From the human T2T-CHM13v2.0 reference genome, Homo sapiens: a stretch of DNA of 64,000 bases. The notes under the pieces were generated by a model that saw only the letters and a list, made by a program, of their open reading frames with translations, had not been told where the DNA came from and did not search any database. Of the stretch, positions 40,166 to 55,075 are shown one piece after another. Within the stretch, counting starts at the first letter, position 1; each line of letters opens with the position of its first letter. The DNA is taken from the NCBI RefSeq assembly GCF_009914755.1, contig NC_060925.1, one strand, 5' to 3'. Position numbers and translations under genes: made by a program.

Positions 40166-41573
40166 TTTTGAAAATTAAATAAAATATTATATATATATAT
40201 ATATTTATAAAAATAAAGGTATTCACAGTTCTGAGTTTCAGTGTTATCAAGTTGCCAACAAAAAAAGTCACTGATGCTTCATGCAGATGTCTAAACTCTA
40301 TATGCTCAAATTTAAGAGTGATATGAACAATTTACTATTGCAAAAAGTAAAGATGTCACTTGCATTGTTGCAAATATGTGTTGATTTCTGATTACCTCCA
40401 GAATTGTAATTTGTAACAAAAAGAAGGCAAGAATATAGATGCTCAGCCCCACAGGAAAATGATATTTCATTATGTAAAATTTTATTGCATTTATGCTATC
40501 CAAGAAGGATTTCATTCATATTAATTAATTTGCCTTTTATCTAAGCATTTTTATCACTCAAATTCTCTTTGCACTCAAAAGCAGTGTCTGTCACAACCCA
40601 CCATCCTTCATGTCACTTGGCCATGACAAACACAGAGCAACAGATGTGAAGCTTTTCCCTGGGGCTTGAAAAAGCATTAATTGTAGAAGCAGATATTTAG
40701 GGTTAGAGGCTTTGCTGTACCAGAGTGGAGACCGTGATCTCTAGTGACAGAGACACCCTCATGTCCACATGTTCTTTAATACATTTATTTTCACATGTGT
40801 TTGTTATATATGGGCCCTATAAAGAGCTGCACTCAGGGCATAGGTCTTTTCTCCTATGTTTTCTTAAGAAAAAAAAAAAAACTCAGCCAAAATTACCTTC
40901 ATTAACAATAGACCTCCTTTCCAAGAAGAAACATACACCTTTATATAGTCTGGTCATTTGTTTACAGCATTCATTGTTGATTTAGTGTATCTTACCCTTT
41001 TAATGACTTCACCTGTTTTAACATACATGAAAAGCATCCATTTTTATGCTCAGTCAAATGCTGTTTCACTGGTTACACAACAAAAAATGATTTCTTTCCT
41101 CTTCCTTCTGGAGTCCTTTACCATTCATTTGAATCACTTCTGAGGTAATAAAAATAGTCTGCCCTCTATGATAGTGATTTGGCTGTATCACCTTTCCATT
41201 TCCATTCATTCAGTTAACAAATATTTATTATGCAGAAAACAAAGTACCAATCCCTATGAAGCCAAGGTAAAAAATTTAGATTGCGACTCATTGAAGACAG
41301 GTGGATATGCCTGAGGTTTGCATTGCCCAGACTTGCTTGCAGGTGACACCCATAACTGTTAAAGACTATGTGCCAGGAAATTCAGTATGCCTGATTTTCA
41401 ACTGATAAAACTTCAAAAATTTACCTGCTAATTTTGTTTTGAGAGTATAATGGGAAATTTGAAGTGCAGTTGAAAGACATCTGTCTAGCAATTTAATCTA
41501 AATAATAACAATAATGGTAATAACATAAAATCATGAAGATCTCTGTGGTAATCTTTGAACTTTTTCCTCCTAG

Positions 41574-41654
41574 GATTTCCAGACTGTATTACCATCATTT
41601 GAGCTCTTCTCAAAGTATGGAAAATTATATTCAAAAGCTGGACAGATTGTATAA
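41574..41654 (+). CDS. SPATA17: Last coding exon of SPATA17 (exon 41574-41656), encoding DFQTVLPSFELFSKYGKLYSKAGQIV-stop
   Basis: Polypyrimidine acceptor tttttcctcctag|GAT at 41573/41574. Open phase-0 frame of 26 codons ending TAA 41652-41654. Donor AG|gtatga at 41656/41657. The peptide matches my recollection of the human SPATA17 C-terminus; not verified by search. Upstream exons lie outside the window. Confidence 0.85.
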   Translation, partial: DFQTVLPSFELFSKYGKLYSKAGQIV

Positions 41655-41908
41655 AGGTATGACTTTTTGCTAAGAAGTAATTCAAAAAGTATATTAAATA
41701 ACACTTAAAAAATCAAATGGGGTTGACTTAACTATCAAGCATTTTAAAAACCATGCTATAATAATATTTTATGTAATAAGACTCCATAAATTTCCTTCAT
41801 TGTAGTGTAATGGTTTTCAACATTTAAAAGATCATGAATTTTACTTTTCAGATCTCTTCTCCAAAATGAGCCAAAAATACATTAAGAAATAGAACATTAA
41901 AAATCTAA

Positions 41909-42229
<321 letters not shown>

Positions 42230-43276
42230 CTTAGATACCCTTTAACTAATACAATAAATAGTTTTACACAATACGGTGAAAAAATACTGTTGGTGCTCCA
42301 AAGCCAAAATACTTCTCAGTGCTGTGTTGATACAGTATCATTTCAAATATTATACTAAATAATGTACATTATTTGAAGTATGAAGTGTCTTACAATACCA
42401 AAGAAATGGAATATAGAATCCTGATTATCAATGTTTAGAAGATATATAAGAATAAAGAGAACCATATAAAATTCAAGAACAAAAAATAAACTCTCAATGA
42501 ATACTGTATTCCATTTCTAAGGCATTTTAGAATAGAGCAGTGGTTACAATTGAAGTGTGTCTAATAGGAGCTATTGTGACATTTTCAGCCAAATTTAAAG
42601 AATGTATTGGGTGAAGACAGCAAAGATCACTGCAGTTGGAGGAAAGGGGCAGAAATGAGAAATCATGCTAGTTAGAATCCCCCAGCTATCCTCTCAGACC
42701 AAGAACCAAGGAGAAAGCACTAGGCTGTTAGAGCACAGGGTAGATTCCAGGCAAAGTTCCTTCGATTTTATGTTACTCTTTCCTCTCTCCCCACTGAGTG
42801 CTTCAATTTGGAAGTTAATATGTTAAATGCAGATACCAATGTCTATCTTTTAGCTACTCTGAAGGAATACATGAGGGGAAATATGAAATATTCTGAGCTA
42901 ATAGAAAATGTATATATAATACCAAGTGGAATTGCTGTTTCAAAGGTTTATAAAGTATCATTACCCATTGGAGCATTTATCTGGTATTTGAGAGCCAGAG
43001 TATGAAGTAATGTAAATAAAATGTCTCATATTTGTGTATGACTTCAGCTTTTAACTCAAAGATATATCAGTCCTGTTTATGATAATGAAAGATTGAAAAT
43101 AACTTGAACACTCATTAATATATGTTAGTTAAATAATAAAACACATATAAGGCAGTACTATGCAGACAGTAAAATGTTATAAGTCTTTACCCATTAATTT
43201 TTAAAAATGCCTACAATATATTTCTAGGAAAAGAAGACGGGATTCAAAGTACGCTGTGTAGTCTTATTTCACTTAA

Positions 43277-43345
43277 ATATATACATATGTATGTGTGTAT
43301 ACATATATACATATGTGTGTATACATATATACATGTGTGTATGTA
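43277..43345. repeat. (TA/TG/CA)n compound microsatellite within an L1ME-like fragment
   Basis: tatatatacatatgtatgtgtgtatacatatatacatatgtgtgtatacatatatacatgtgtgt. Confidence 0.8.
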
Positions 43346-45246
43346 TAAAAACACACTTGCACCCACTATTATATTTAATATGTATATGTATACATTTGTA
43401 TGTTGCAAAACTGTTAATGGTGGTTATCTCTGGGTGGTGAGATTATGAGTACTTTCTGTGGGATACTTCTTTTTAGTTCTATTTTTTGATGTTTTAATGC
43501 AACCAGACGAAAGCCAAGTATTAAAACAAAACACTCCAGTAGGGACTGTTTGCTCTACTCTATCAATTACAAAAACATCTTGACTTTATTCTATTTAATC
43601 ATAATAATTTAGAGGCAATTATCTTTTTTTCTGAATATGAAATAATTACTTGCTAAATTATTTATACAGAAAGACAAAGATGAGTAACAAATGGTGTAGA
43701 TTATTTTTAATTAAAAAGAATGTGCAATGCAAAGGCTCAAATATGTTATGGTTTTTTTTAATATTTGCCAGCTCTTCTTTTCAATTTTTAACAATTTTGT
43801 GAATTGACAATATTATAAAAACGTCATCTCCTTTTCTTTGATAGGAAATGAATGTCTAGTGTTTAATTTTGGTAAGTGAAGGGCAGCAGCCTTAGCTGAG
43901 GCTCTCCTATTAAGATTTCATTTCACCAAATACAACAAAGTGCTTCTGCTGTTTGTAAAAAAAGGCCAAGATGGGGACACCTGCACCAAACTGTTGAATA
44001 AAGATGCCATAGTAATTTTTAGAGCTATCTATTTGATTGCTTCAGCTCCAAGGTAGTTCATCACTTCACTATAATTCACCCGACATCGCCTTTTACACCC
44101 AATACTACATTTTCCCATCAGTCCGATTAGAAATAGTGATGCCTTTATCAGATTAATCTTTCTCTCTTTTAGCATGTCTAAGTTTAGGATAAACACTGCC
44201 TGTACCTAGCTGTTATCATTAATGCTCTAAGATTTAAACCACTGAAAAATACACGGAACTAGATCTTAAACACACACATATTTTAAAATCTACTGTCTGA
44301 CTAGGATAACATTACTCCTTTTAGTGTCTTTAATTTGTCTTTTTAAATGGTCACTATTTGTAACTTTCAATAGTTTCCCAAAAGCAGTTTGGTCTAAATC
44401 AGTGTGTTGTGTCCTGTCAAGAGTGTTTTGCCATCCTTTTAGCTCCATTTATCTTTCCAGGCAGAGTCTCTTTAAACATTGTTGTGGAGAAAAATTAGCA
44501 AGATAAGGTTAAAATCATTGGTTGTAATTTTATGAATTGTATAATGTACCCGATTCAGTCTGGCATCAGTGTGAGTTTTCATGCATTACAGGCTTCCCAA
44601 CTTCCTCCAGTTTGTCTTTGCAAAATGGGCTTTGGTCCAGGCTGTCTGTCTGCTAAAAAGTGGTTCAATTTTGAGGCCCGATAAGATGAGTTTTAATTAA
44701 ATTATTTGTTAGGTTTGAAAAACAATGTACTTTTTCTCCTTTTCCATAGGAATTTGGCATATGAACAACTCAGCTAAAACAAATAAATCAATGAAATGAA
44801 AAATAAGTATAGTTAGCACCTGGACTGGGAAAGGGGTTAAATGCCATCGTCTTTTTTCCAGAGGGAATAAGATCCTAGCAACTGTGTATGGAAAAAAGTT
44901 CTATGAGGGGAGAGTAATAATTAAGCATATAAGTTATATGTGTGCCTGTTAGGAGTTAAAATTTTAGTTTAATAAGAAAAATTATTAAATTTTGTCATTC
45001 AGTTTGGCATCATGTGAACTTATAACCCTTTCAAGTTTTGGCATAGTGAATTGGCAAAGAGAAAAGAATAAAGGTATCTTCAGCATCCTTCTCTTGGTTA
45101 AATTGTCTTTGACTAAAAATATTATAACCACCCCACCTACCTGTGTGAAGATGTTTTGCTATGTTTTTCCATAATAGAGGCAGATTTGCTAGACATTCCA
45201 TATGTCTAGTGGCACACATAATCAAGATAGGCTTTTTTGTTTATGG

Positions 45247-45475
45247 TTTTTAGTTTGTTTGTTTTTGTTTTTTTCAGAGAGACAGGGTCTCACTCTGTTG
45301 CCCAGGGTGGAATGCAGTGGCGTGATCATAGCTCACTGCAACCTCGAACTCCTGGGTTCAAGTGATCCTCCTGCCTCAGCCTCTTGAGTAGCTGGGATTA
45401 CAGGTACATGCCCTCATGCCCAGCTAACTTTTTAATTTTTTTGTAAAAATGGGATCTTGCTGTGTTACCCAGACT
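45247..45475 (-). mobile_element. AluJ, partial (right arm plus part of left)
   Basis: gagacagggtctcactctgttgccc…gatcatagctcactgcaacctcgaactcctggg. Confidence 0.9.
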
Positions 45476-45821
45476 TGATCATGACTGTTCATGAAGATCT
45501 GCAGTAGTGTAGACGGAGAGCAGAGAACAGGGCTAAAAATGATTCAAGTCCGGGGCTAGGACCTCCTAACATTAACTGAACTGAAGCTAAGAGAGGAAGA
45601 CTTAAATAGAGAATTTAAGAACTCATGTTTCTGAAGTTCCTTTTTTTTTTTTTTTCATTTTACTGTTTTGTTTTTAGAAAACAGAAGATGAAATGTAAAA
45701 CTGAGATTAAGGTGTGAAGTGAGTGTGAATAGAAGACCCCACACTGCCTGGAGTCCTGGATTCTTCCACGTCTGATGAGTGACCTTGGATCTCTTAATCT
45801 CTCTAGTTTTCTCTCTCTTAG

Positions 45822-45950
45822 GCGTCAGAAGAAGAAACTGAAGCCATCTGCATTTTAAAACTTAACAGTTCTGAAAGGAAAACACAGATGAAGATCCTGT
45901 AGGAAATATACTTGCTATGATTCAATAAACTATAAAATTTTGTAGCTCTA
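45822..45950 (+). other. SPATA17: Non-coding terminal exon (3' UTR) of SPATA17, proximal poly(A) form
   Basis: Acceptor ttttctctctcttag|GCG at 45821/45822 with branch-like ctcttaat upstream. AATAAA at 45924-45929 followed by T/GT-rich sequence. The 3' end is estimated. Confidence 0.7.
45924..45929 (+). terminator. Polyadenylation signal AATAAA (proximal)
   Basis: Canonical hexamer about 100 nt into the terminal exon, with downstream U/GU-rich tract (attattgtgtgtatgtattt). Confidence 0.6.
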
Positions 45951-47436
45951 GTCATGAATTAATTATTGTGTGTATGTATTTGAAATCTCTTAGACATATC
46001 TTTTCAAACAAATACTTAAACTTGAGTCTGTTACCTCTGAGAATGTCTGTCACAATCACAGCCCCTGGTGACCAACAGTGCCATAAATGGTTCCCCTGAA
46101 ATACCCATATTCTGACCCCATCACCCGGGTCACAAATGATGACACCAGTGCTGGGTACCCAAATTAAGGGCGACTAACATGTAAGTAGGATGATGAATGG
46201 TTTGAAGTGTAAATTGTGTGAAATAGTTCAGCATGAAAGCTCTGCCCTGAGAAATAATGACTGATTATACCAGTTAGAAACCCTTCAGACTGTTGAACTT
46301 GAGACACACAGACACAACAGACACAGACTAGTGGGTGTGGGAGCAGAAGCATAGGCACTCTCAAATAGAGAAGACATTTGCAAGTCTCTGCTGCCAAGGG
46401 AGCAAAGAGATAATCTCGATGCCAGGGCTGTGTCAGATCCTGCATGGCTCTGAACTACAGTTGGTTTCCAAAAAGCTGGGCTTTTGTGAGGTTTCTGTTT
46501 TTTATGCGATGCTTAGATTTTCCTGGAATCCTTGGAAGTTAACTCAACATTTGAGGTTCCTATATCCTTTAATCCCATCCCATGTGTATCTTTACAATAA
46601 AACTTCCTGCTAGAGGTATCCTGAGGGAATCTTTGTTTCTTGCATCTGAAGAGAATAACACTAAACTTATTGCATATGATTTGGGGGTTGGATCCAATGA
46701 TAGCACAGAGGGACAGGAAATGTGATTTATTGACCATAAAAGCTTTAATTTAAAATTGCTGGCCAGCGAAATCCAGACTCTGGGAAATGTTATAGGCCAA
46801 ATGATCTGTTTCTTCAACAAATAAATTACAAAACTGAGGGGAAAAAAAGGAACCTATTAAAAAGACATTATCTATCAATCACTGTGTGTGTACAGTTTTG
46901 AGCTCCTGATTTAAATAAACAAATTGTAAAATAAAAGATCTTTTGAAACAATTGGAAGTTTGAACACTGATTGGATATTGGTGGTATAAAAGAATTATTG
47001 GTTTTTTTTAGGTGTCATGGTATTGTTTTGGTTTACAAAGTTATAGATATAAATGTTGAAATATTTACAGATGCAGTGATATGTTGGCTGGGATTTAATT
47101 TGAAAGTCAAAGAAGTGAGTTAAAATACATATACTCCTCCTCTTATAATCGGTTATGTGCCAATAAATCCATTGTAAATTGAAAATATCCTAAGTTGAAA
47201 ATATTGTAAGTTAAAAATGCATTTAATACAGCTAACTTACCAGACAGCTTAGCTTAGCCTCACCTACCTTAAATATGCTCAGAACACATACGTTAGCCTA
47301 TAGTTGGGCAAAATCATCTAACACAAAGCCTATTTTATAATATTGAACAGCCCATGTAATTTATTGAATATTGTACTAAAAGTGAAAAACTGAATAGTTG
47401 TATGCATACTCAAAGTATGGTTTCTACTGAATGCAT

Positions 47437-48684
<1,248 letters not shown>

Positions 48685-51600
48685 GCATATTGCTTTTGCA
48701 CTATCATAAAGTAAAAACATCATAAGTCAAGCCACCATAAATAGCGGACCATCTGTATATCTGAAAGAAGATGAACCAAGACTTGGTTATTGTTAAAGCT
48801 GATGATTGGCTGTATGAAGATTTACTATACAATTTTGTGTACTTTTGTAAGTTCTTGGTTGTTTCTAAACTTATAACAAAATAAATAATTGGCCATCTTC
48901 ATTGGATTGTGAAGCCATTTCCTCCCACATGTTCGTAAAAATGGTAGCCATGGCCCCTGACTGAACCCAGGTATGAATGGCCTTCATTGATTTTGTAGAC
49001 CCTGACCTTCTCTGTTCTTCCAGAGAAGGTGGTACTCAGATAAAAACTTTGAAGCATTTTATTGTTCAGAATATGACTTTGATCTTCTCATAAGACTCAA
49101 GTTTTTGAATGCTTAAGGCTCTTTATCGCTAATGTATGTAAGTAATATCATTGTCCTTAACCACCATCTGCCTCTCCCCCCAGACACACATAAGTTTATG
49201 ATAACTACAGAGGTGTCCAGATGAGTAAAAACTGCCTTTGCATTAAGGTGAGAGAAGACCGAGATGAAATCTTATTAGAAAATATAACTGGGGAAAGCAG
49301 TTTGTCTGTTTCTCCTGGAAAACTACTAGACTACATCAACTTATATACTACTTCTTTTCTATATTCTCAATATGAGCCACTTAAGAAAATTAATGAGACT
49401 TTATGTTTGACCAAAGCTGGTAATTCCTTGATCTTATTCTCCAAACTTGATTCTGAATGACTACTGACCACTAAAAACACTAAGAGTACCACTGTGGATG
49501 TTTAAAAACATACACCCTAAGAGCCTTCAGAATTAGACGCTTCAATTCTTCTGAAATCAAAAGTCACACCAGCTTTGCTGTAGTTAATCAGGTAATACCT
49601 TTCTTCTCCACTACTCTCTAATTTCCTTGAGGGCAAATATTGTCTTTCTTGATAAATGCCCTGGACCCAACATCTAACAGAATACCTGGCATAAAGTGAA
49701 ATCCATCGAATGTGCTAATGATAAATAAAGAAGTTCAAAAAAATCTTTTAATAGAAGCTATAAAATAGCAGATAAGCTAAGTCATTCTCATAAAACACCA
49801 TTTGTCATTTGAATGCGTGCATTGTGGCCTGTTACTTTTAACTAGTCTCACTAATTTATAGTTATATATGATGTAGATCTAGATTGTGATGTACACTAAG
49901 TGGGTTGATCCTGAGATCAAGCTATGATTGCTGCTTGCGTAAAGTGTTCCTTTTGGGAAATAAATAATCTTTCATATCTGTAAACTTTGGTATAATTGGT
50001 TATTTATGCAATGTATTGTTGTGGTTGTCAACTCAAGATTGTATTCTCATCTGGGGACATTATGAATCTTGTTATTTTATCCCCTTTTTTGCTCTGTTTT
50101 TTCACATTTATGGCCTACCTGTTACAGCTGCACGGTATCCATTTTCTGTGCTAAATTCATCTTTAATTTATTATTTTTTTTCAACCTCAGCTTTTAACTT
50201 GGCCCTGATTTTCTCTTCCATTTTATTTTCACTTCCATTTTAAGCTGGCTCAAAGCCTTTTAGGAACAATAAGTTACTGAATTATATGAACCTATTTGAG
50301 GTAATGATGATGCCTGGGAAGGAGCAGTATTGCTGGATCAGAATTCACTTTTTCCAAGTTACAGATTTTAATAAACCACTGTGCAAAGCATTAGGATAAA
50401 TTTTTATTGAAAATTGAGTGAATGACTGAACAAATCGCTGGGTAATGCTGTTTAGGTTGTTCTATTTTCCACGGATTAAATTAAATTCTATGTATCTACC
50501 GTCTCTGAGCTTATTTAAAACCACAACTCATCAGATCTTTTGTGTTACATCTTCAGCTACCTTGCAGTAGTTTACTACAGCCAATGAAAAATTTCAAATG
50601 AGAATAATAGCGTTAATTTTGACTGACATGGGAATAGTTATTTAGCGCGTCCTAGAAAGAGTGAAGAGTGCACCATGACAAGCACATACATGTTCATGAC
50701 TCTCGTTTTGTAATTCAAAGCTTTTTCCTGTGGGAATGGAGTGAAATCCAACTTGATCTGGGGCTTGGACCTTGACTGCTCCTTTTGAGTCTCAGTGTCC
50801 CCAGCAGGCTCCCTCACAGGGCACAGTAGGGACTGCTAAGCACTCTTCCATTTCTAAATATTTCAACTCATTAATGCGGGAATCACCTTGCTGCTGGTAC
50901 TGGCAGATACAGTCACTTACCAGTATATTGAGTTGAGTTTATAGTTCTCAGCTTCATAGTCATGATCATGGGATGCAGTGAGGCAATTCATTAGCACACT
51001 GTGACTTTAAGCAATCCTTGCTACAAAGTGACATGTCTGTTCATTAAAGAATCCTTATACTAAGAAATGACGAAACTGCACATACTGGTCAGAATAAATC
51101 ACTTAAGCAGGTAAAGGGGAAACATAGAGTGTGTGTTTCAAGTTAAGTTGAAAAATTAATTTGCTGCTTTGTAGGGGGGATTATAAGACCATACAAATTG
51201 CAAGTGAAGCCTAAGCTCTATGAAATCAAATAATGATTATTTACTAGGCTTGAATTGTTCCATAGTTAACCTATTTTCCAGCTCGAAATTAGTCTGTGCT
51301 GTTTAATGTATTTTCAAGGCATTTATATTTCATTCCAAACTACCTAACAGAAATTAGTTTTCGTACCTCTCTCAATGTGGAAATAATCCATTTGAATAAA
51401 GGAAACCTGAAAACTAAGTTAAAAAAAAAAACAAAAAGACTAGTTCTTTATTCTTACTCACTATTGTAAACTATTAACATCACTGACCAGGAGAAGGGAA
51501 CACACACAAAATCATTTTGTCATTTTTGAAGCCTGGGTAACTTGTTCATTCACTTCTCAACAAGGATTCAACACAGAATATTTCATTTGTGAACATTACT

Positions 51601-51706
51601 GTATTAAAAGTAATATGAACAGATAATTATTTTTAGTAAATAGAAGATGAAATCACTAGAATCTGAAGAGAAATTAAAAGTGAAAAAATGGTTACTTAAT
51701 GTGTGC

Positions 51707-51710
<4 letters not shown>

Positions 51711-51742
<32 letters not shown>
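51711..51742. repeat. (GT)16 microsatellite
   Basis: Perfect dinucleotide run. Confidence 0.97.
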
Positions 51743-51744
<2 letters not shown>

Positions 51745-53339
51745 AAGTTTGCTGCCTACCTAAAAGTTCAGCAAATAGGATGGGAGACGGATGTAAATAG
51801 TTAAGGCAAATTTCTTAGAGGAGGCAAACGTCGAGTCCTTAATAGTAGTTAGGATCTTGAGTTGATTGAATTGAAAATATGAGTGAGAGAGGTTATCTGA
51901 CAAAAAGAATTACATAAGCAAAAGCACAGAAATAAAAATGATCAAGATGTGTGCATAAGGAAATTTTTTAAAGTCTTAATTGGACACTCAGCAAAAAAAT
52001 AGATTAAAGTAGTTTGACTTGAAGTAAGCTTCAGGGGGATTAAACTAGAGCAAATATTCAGTTGATATCAAGGTAAATCAGCTTTAGCAAACTATTAGTT
52101 TTTCATTTACTCATTCACTCAATGGCCTTGAAATATCCAAATATTTTGAAATATTTATGATACTAAAAATGTTTCCATTTTTATTTTTACCATTGTAGAG
52201 ACACATATATAATATATCCACAGAGAAAACAACACTTCCACAGATAATACTTTTGTTTCAAAATATTATTCTTCTATCATACAGATAAGACCACACTTCT
52301 CCTACACAGTATTAGGCAGTAATAGAGATTAAAGAAAAGAGTAAGGAGGCCTAGATGGGGCCCTTCTATCTTTAGAATATATTCGCATGCACGCTAATAG
52401 CACGAATATTTAAAGATCTAAAGATCTACTTAACAGAAAGAAGAAAATCCATGAGGATTTGTTTGCTTCTAAGTAGTTCAGAGAGACTTTGGTCAGAAGT
52501 ATCAGGACATGGCAGTGAAAGTGACACCTGAATGTCCAAATAGATAACTATACTGAGTGGATTTTTCCCTCTCTTGTTTCCTGCTACAAAGGAATAGATT
52601 TTACTGAAATCATCTTCCTACCAAAAACAACTAGAAAAACTATATAAGACCACCTGTTAAAATACATCAGAAGAGCTAACAATGCTGTCACACCTTGAGG
52701 CCCAAGACACTAAAAAGAAGTCACAAATGCCTAACAGGCTCCACTGCTTTTCCTCTTGAGGCATTTCTGTTTTTTTAAACACTGCAGAATTAAGAAACCA
52801 AGAAACCAAGTGACAGCTAAGAGGCTGAAAAGCAGAGCCAATCTTCTATAGTCTTATGGGGCTACAGAGATATAAACTGGAGTTCAAGGGCTTATGTAGG
52901 AGGTAGAATCATGAAGTAAAATGCAACAACAGAAAACAGCTAACTACATCACCACAACACTCGATAACATGGAAGAGTCTCAAAATATAATGTCGAGTAC
53001 AAGCTACTGGATGTAGAACATACATGTGAATAATGATTCCATTTATTTAAAGTTAAAAATAGGGACAGCTAATCTTTGGCAATTTGGAATGAGGCCATAG
53101 TGAAAGGCCATACAAGAAAACACAAAAGATCTCCTGGGGCAGGGGGTGTGCAGGGCTTTATTTCTTTATGAAGTTTCTGGATACATTTATGTGCCGTTTT
53201 TGAGAATTCGAGGAGCTGTATTTTTCATGAATTATGCACCTTAGTGTACAAGGCACGATTTACTTCATTTATAAAGTGATGAAATCAGGAGTGTAAGAAG
53301 AGTGGGACAAACAAAACCCAAAACCCTGGAGAGAGCACC

Positions 53340-53460
53340 CATACTTTCCTCAGATGAGGAAATTGAGGCAGGATCAGTAACTCCACCGATGCCAAAGGGT
53401 AAATAGTAAAATTGGGATCAGAGGATTGGACCAGGTCTGGCACAAGCCTTGAGCTCAGGT
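53340..53460 (-). mobile_element. MIR fragment
   Basis: cagatgaggaaattgaggc core. Confidence 0.6.
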
Positions 53461-54869
53461 AGGTCCTTTGTTGTTGCAGTAGAATATCGCTCCTGATCTG
53501 ACTGTTAACAGGACTCCAAGGGCTGTGCTGTCTCCTTGGCATGAGATGGCATTCTGGAAACCAGGAGTATGCCAATTTACTCCTTCTTTTTAGTGAATAA
53601 TTTTGTCTTTGGCTAGAATCAGGATGGTGCTGATGATCCCTTTTGCTGTACTTTTTAAGGTCCAGCGATGTCAACCCATTTATTTGCGCCATTGTTATGA
53701 AGAAAGTGATTTTTTTTTGGTTACTGTTGTAGTTAATGCAATTCACAGCATTGCATTCATTTGATTCTTATAAGGCTGAGTAAAAGAAGGAGAGCAAGAA
53801 AGGGAACATGAAATCTTACTTTGGGATGAAGACAACAGTTATTTCAATAGTATGTGATTTTGTATAAGTAAATGTATATGTATGCACACATACTATAAAT
53901 GTAAAGTGTAATTAAAACCCTTGAAATAACCCAGCAAATAGTACACAGAGAAATTATATGTGCCCACATCTTAACTGCTATGCTCTCTTAAGCCACTGGC
54001 TTATTACAGCAAAATATTCTCCCCTTTAAGACAAAATAAGTAGAAATAAAGAGAGCAACTCAGCATCAAGAAGAGAAAAAAGTGAGAATAACATATTTGG
54101 AACAGAAACTGCAGTCTAACTAGTGCCTCCCCACCTTCATTACCATCCTTCCAAATAAATCTCCCTGCTCCTCTTGAGCTGGCAAATAAAAAAATCAACC
54201 CACAAGATATATGTGTGTGCTTCTCCTGATGAGAATCACCATCCATCTACAGCACATCCCACATGCCAGTGTGAAGATGGGCTAGAGGGAGAATTAAAGA
54301 CTTCAGAAAGTCCACAGCATAATCAAGAAGGCTTTTTTCTTCTGACTACACAGCTTTCATCTCTGTCTTCTGTGATATTCTCCCCATCTCTTTTACTCTG
54401 TGGCAAAGATGCTGATTGCTGATGGGACAATAACGTATCATATACCTAACCTTCCAGGGCAACCAATTGGTTTCAAATCTATGGCACAAATAATCGTGAT
54501 AAGTTTCATTTTGGCAAGGACCGTTAGTTCAAGTATATCCATGTTCCTAAATTAGAATCGAATTTTGAGATTTTAAAAGGCATTCAACTTCAAGTGTATT
54601 TTTTTAGTTTAATAAAAACATTTCTTAAAATACATGGCAGAATGTAGACATTGCCTCATATTGAGATAGAATTTCACTGGAAGTACTAAAGATATTACTT
54701 GATCTGAAATAGTTCAGTATTTTTATATGTTTGTTTTTATTACAAAACAAATGACCCTACTATACAGAAGTTGATGTTTTTTATTGTTGGAGGCTTGGCA
54801 GCATATGACAAGATCCCTAAGAATTCATTTATTCTAATTCCCCACTCATGATAGAATCCTTTCTAAAAT

Positions 54870-55075
54870 ATCCACTGCTCCTGCTTGAGTACTTCTAATT
54901 CTTGGAAGTTACTTTGCCTCTCAAAAGTGTATGTTCCATTTAGAGCATTTCTAATTATTTAAAAGTTATTTTGTTATATGGAGTTTGTGATTTCACTTAC
55001 TCGTCCTAATTTGGTGATTTAGAACAAGTTGATTCCCTTTTTCATATGTCTGTCTGTCAAGCATTTAGAAAAGAT
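54870..55075 (-). mobile_element. L3/CR1 LINE fragment
   Basis: ctgcttgagtacttcta…ttccatt…tctaattatttaaaagttattttgttatatggag…agaacaagttgattccct. Confidence 0.6.

Noticed and set aside
44730-44790. Strong-looking acceptor (tttttctccttttccatag) followed by AATAAA as an alternative terminal exon
   Set aside because: The exon would be very short and such motifs are common in AT-rich introns; no other support.
53285-53746. Longest ORF in the track (153 aa)
   Set aside because: Non-ATG start, overlaps a MIR, no recognisable domain; expected by chance in 64 kb.
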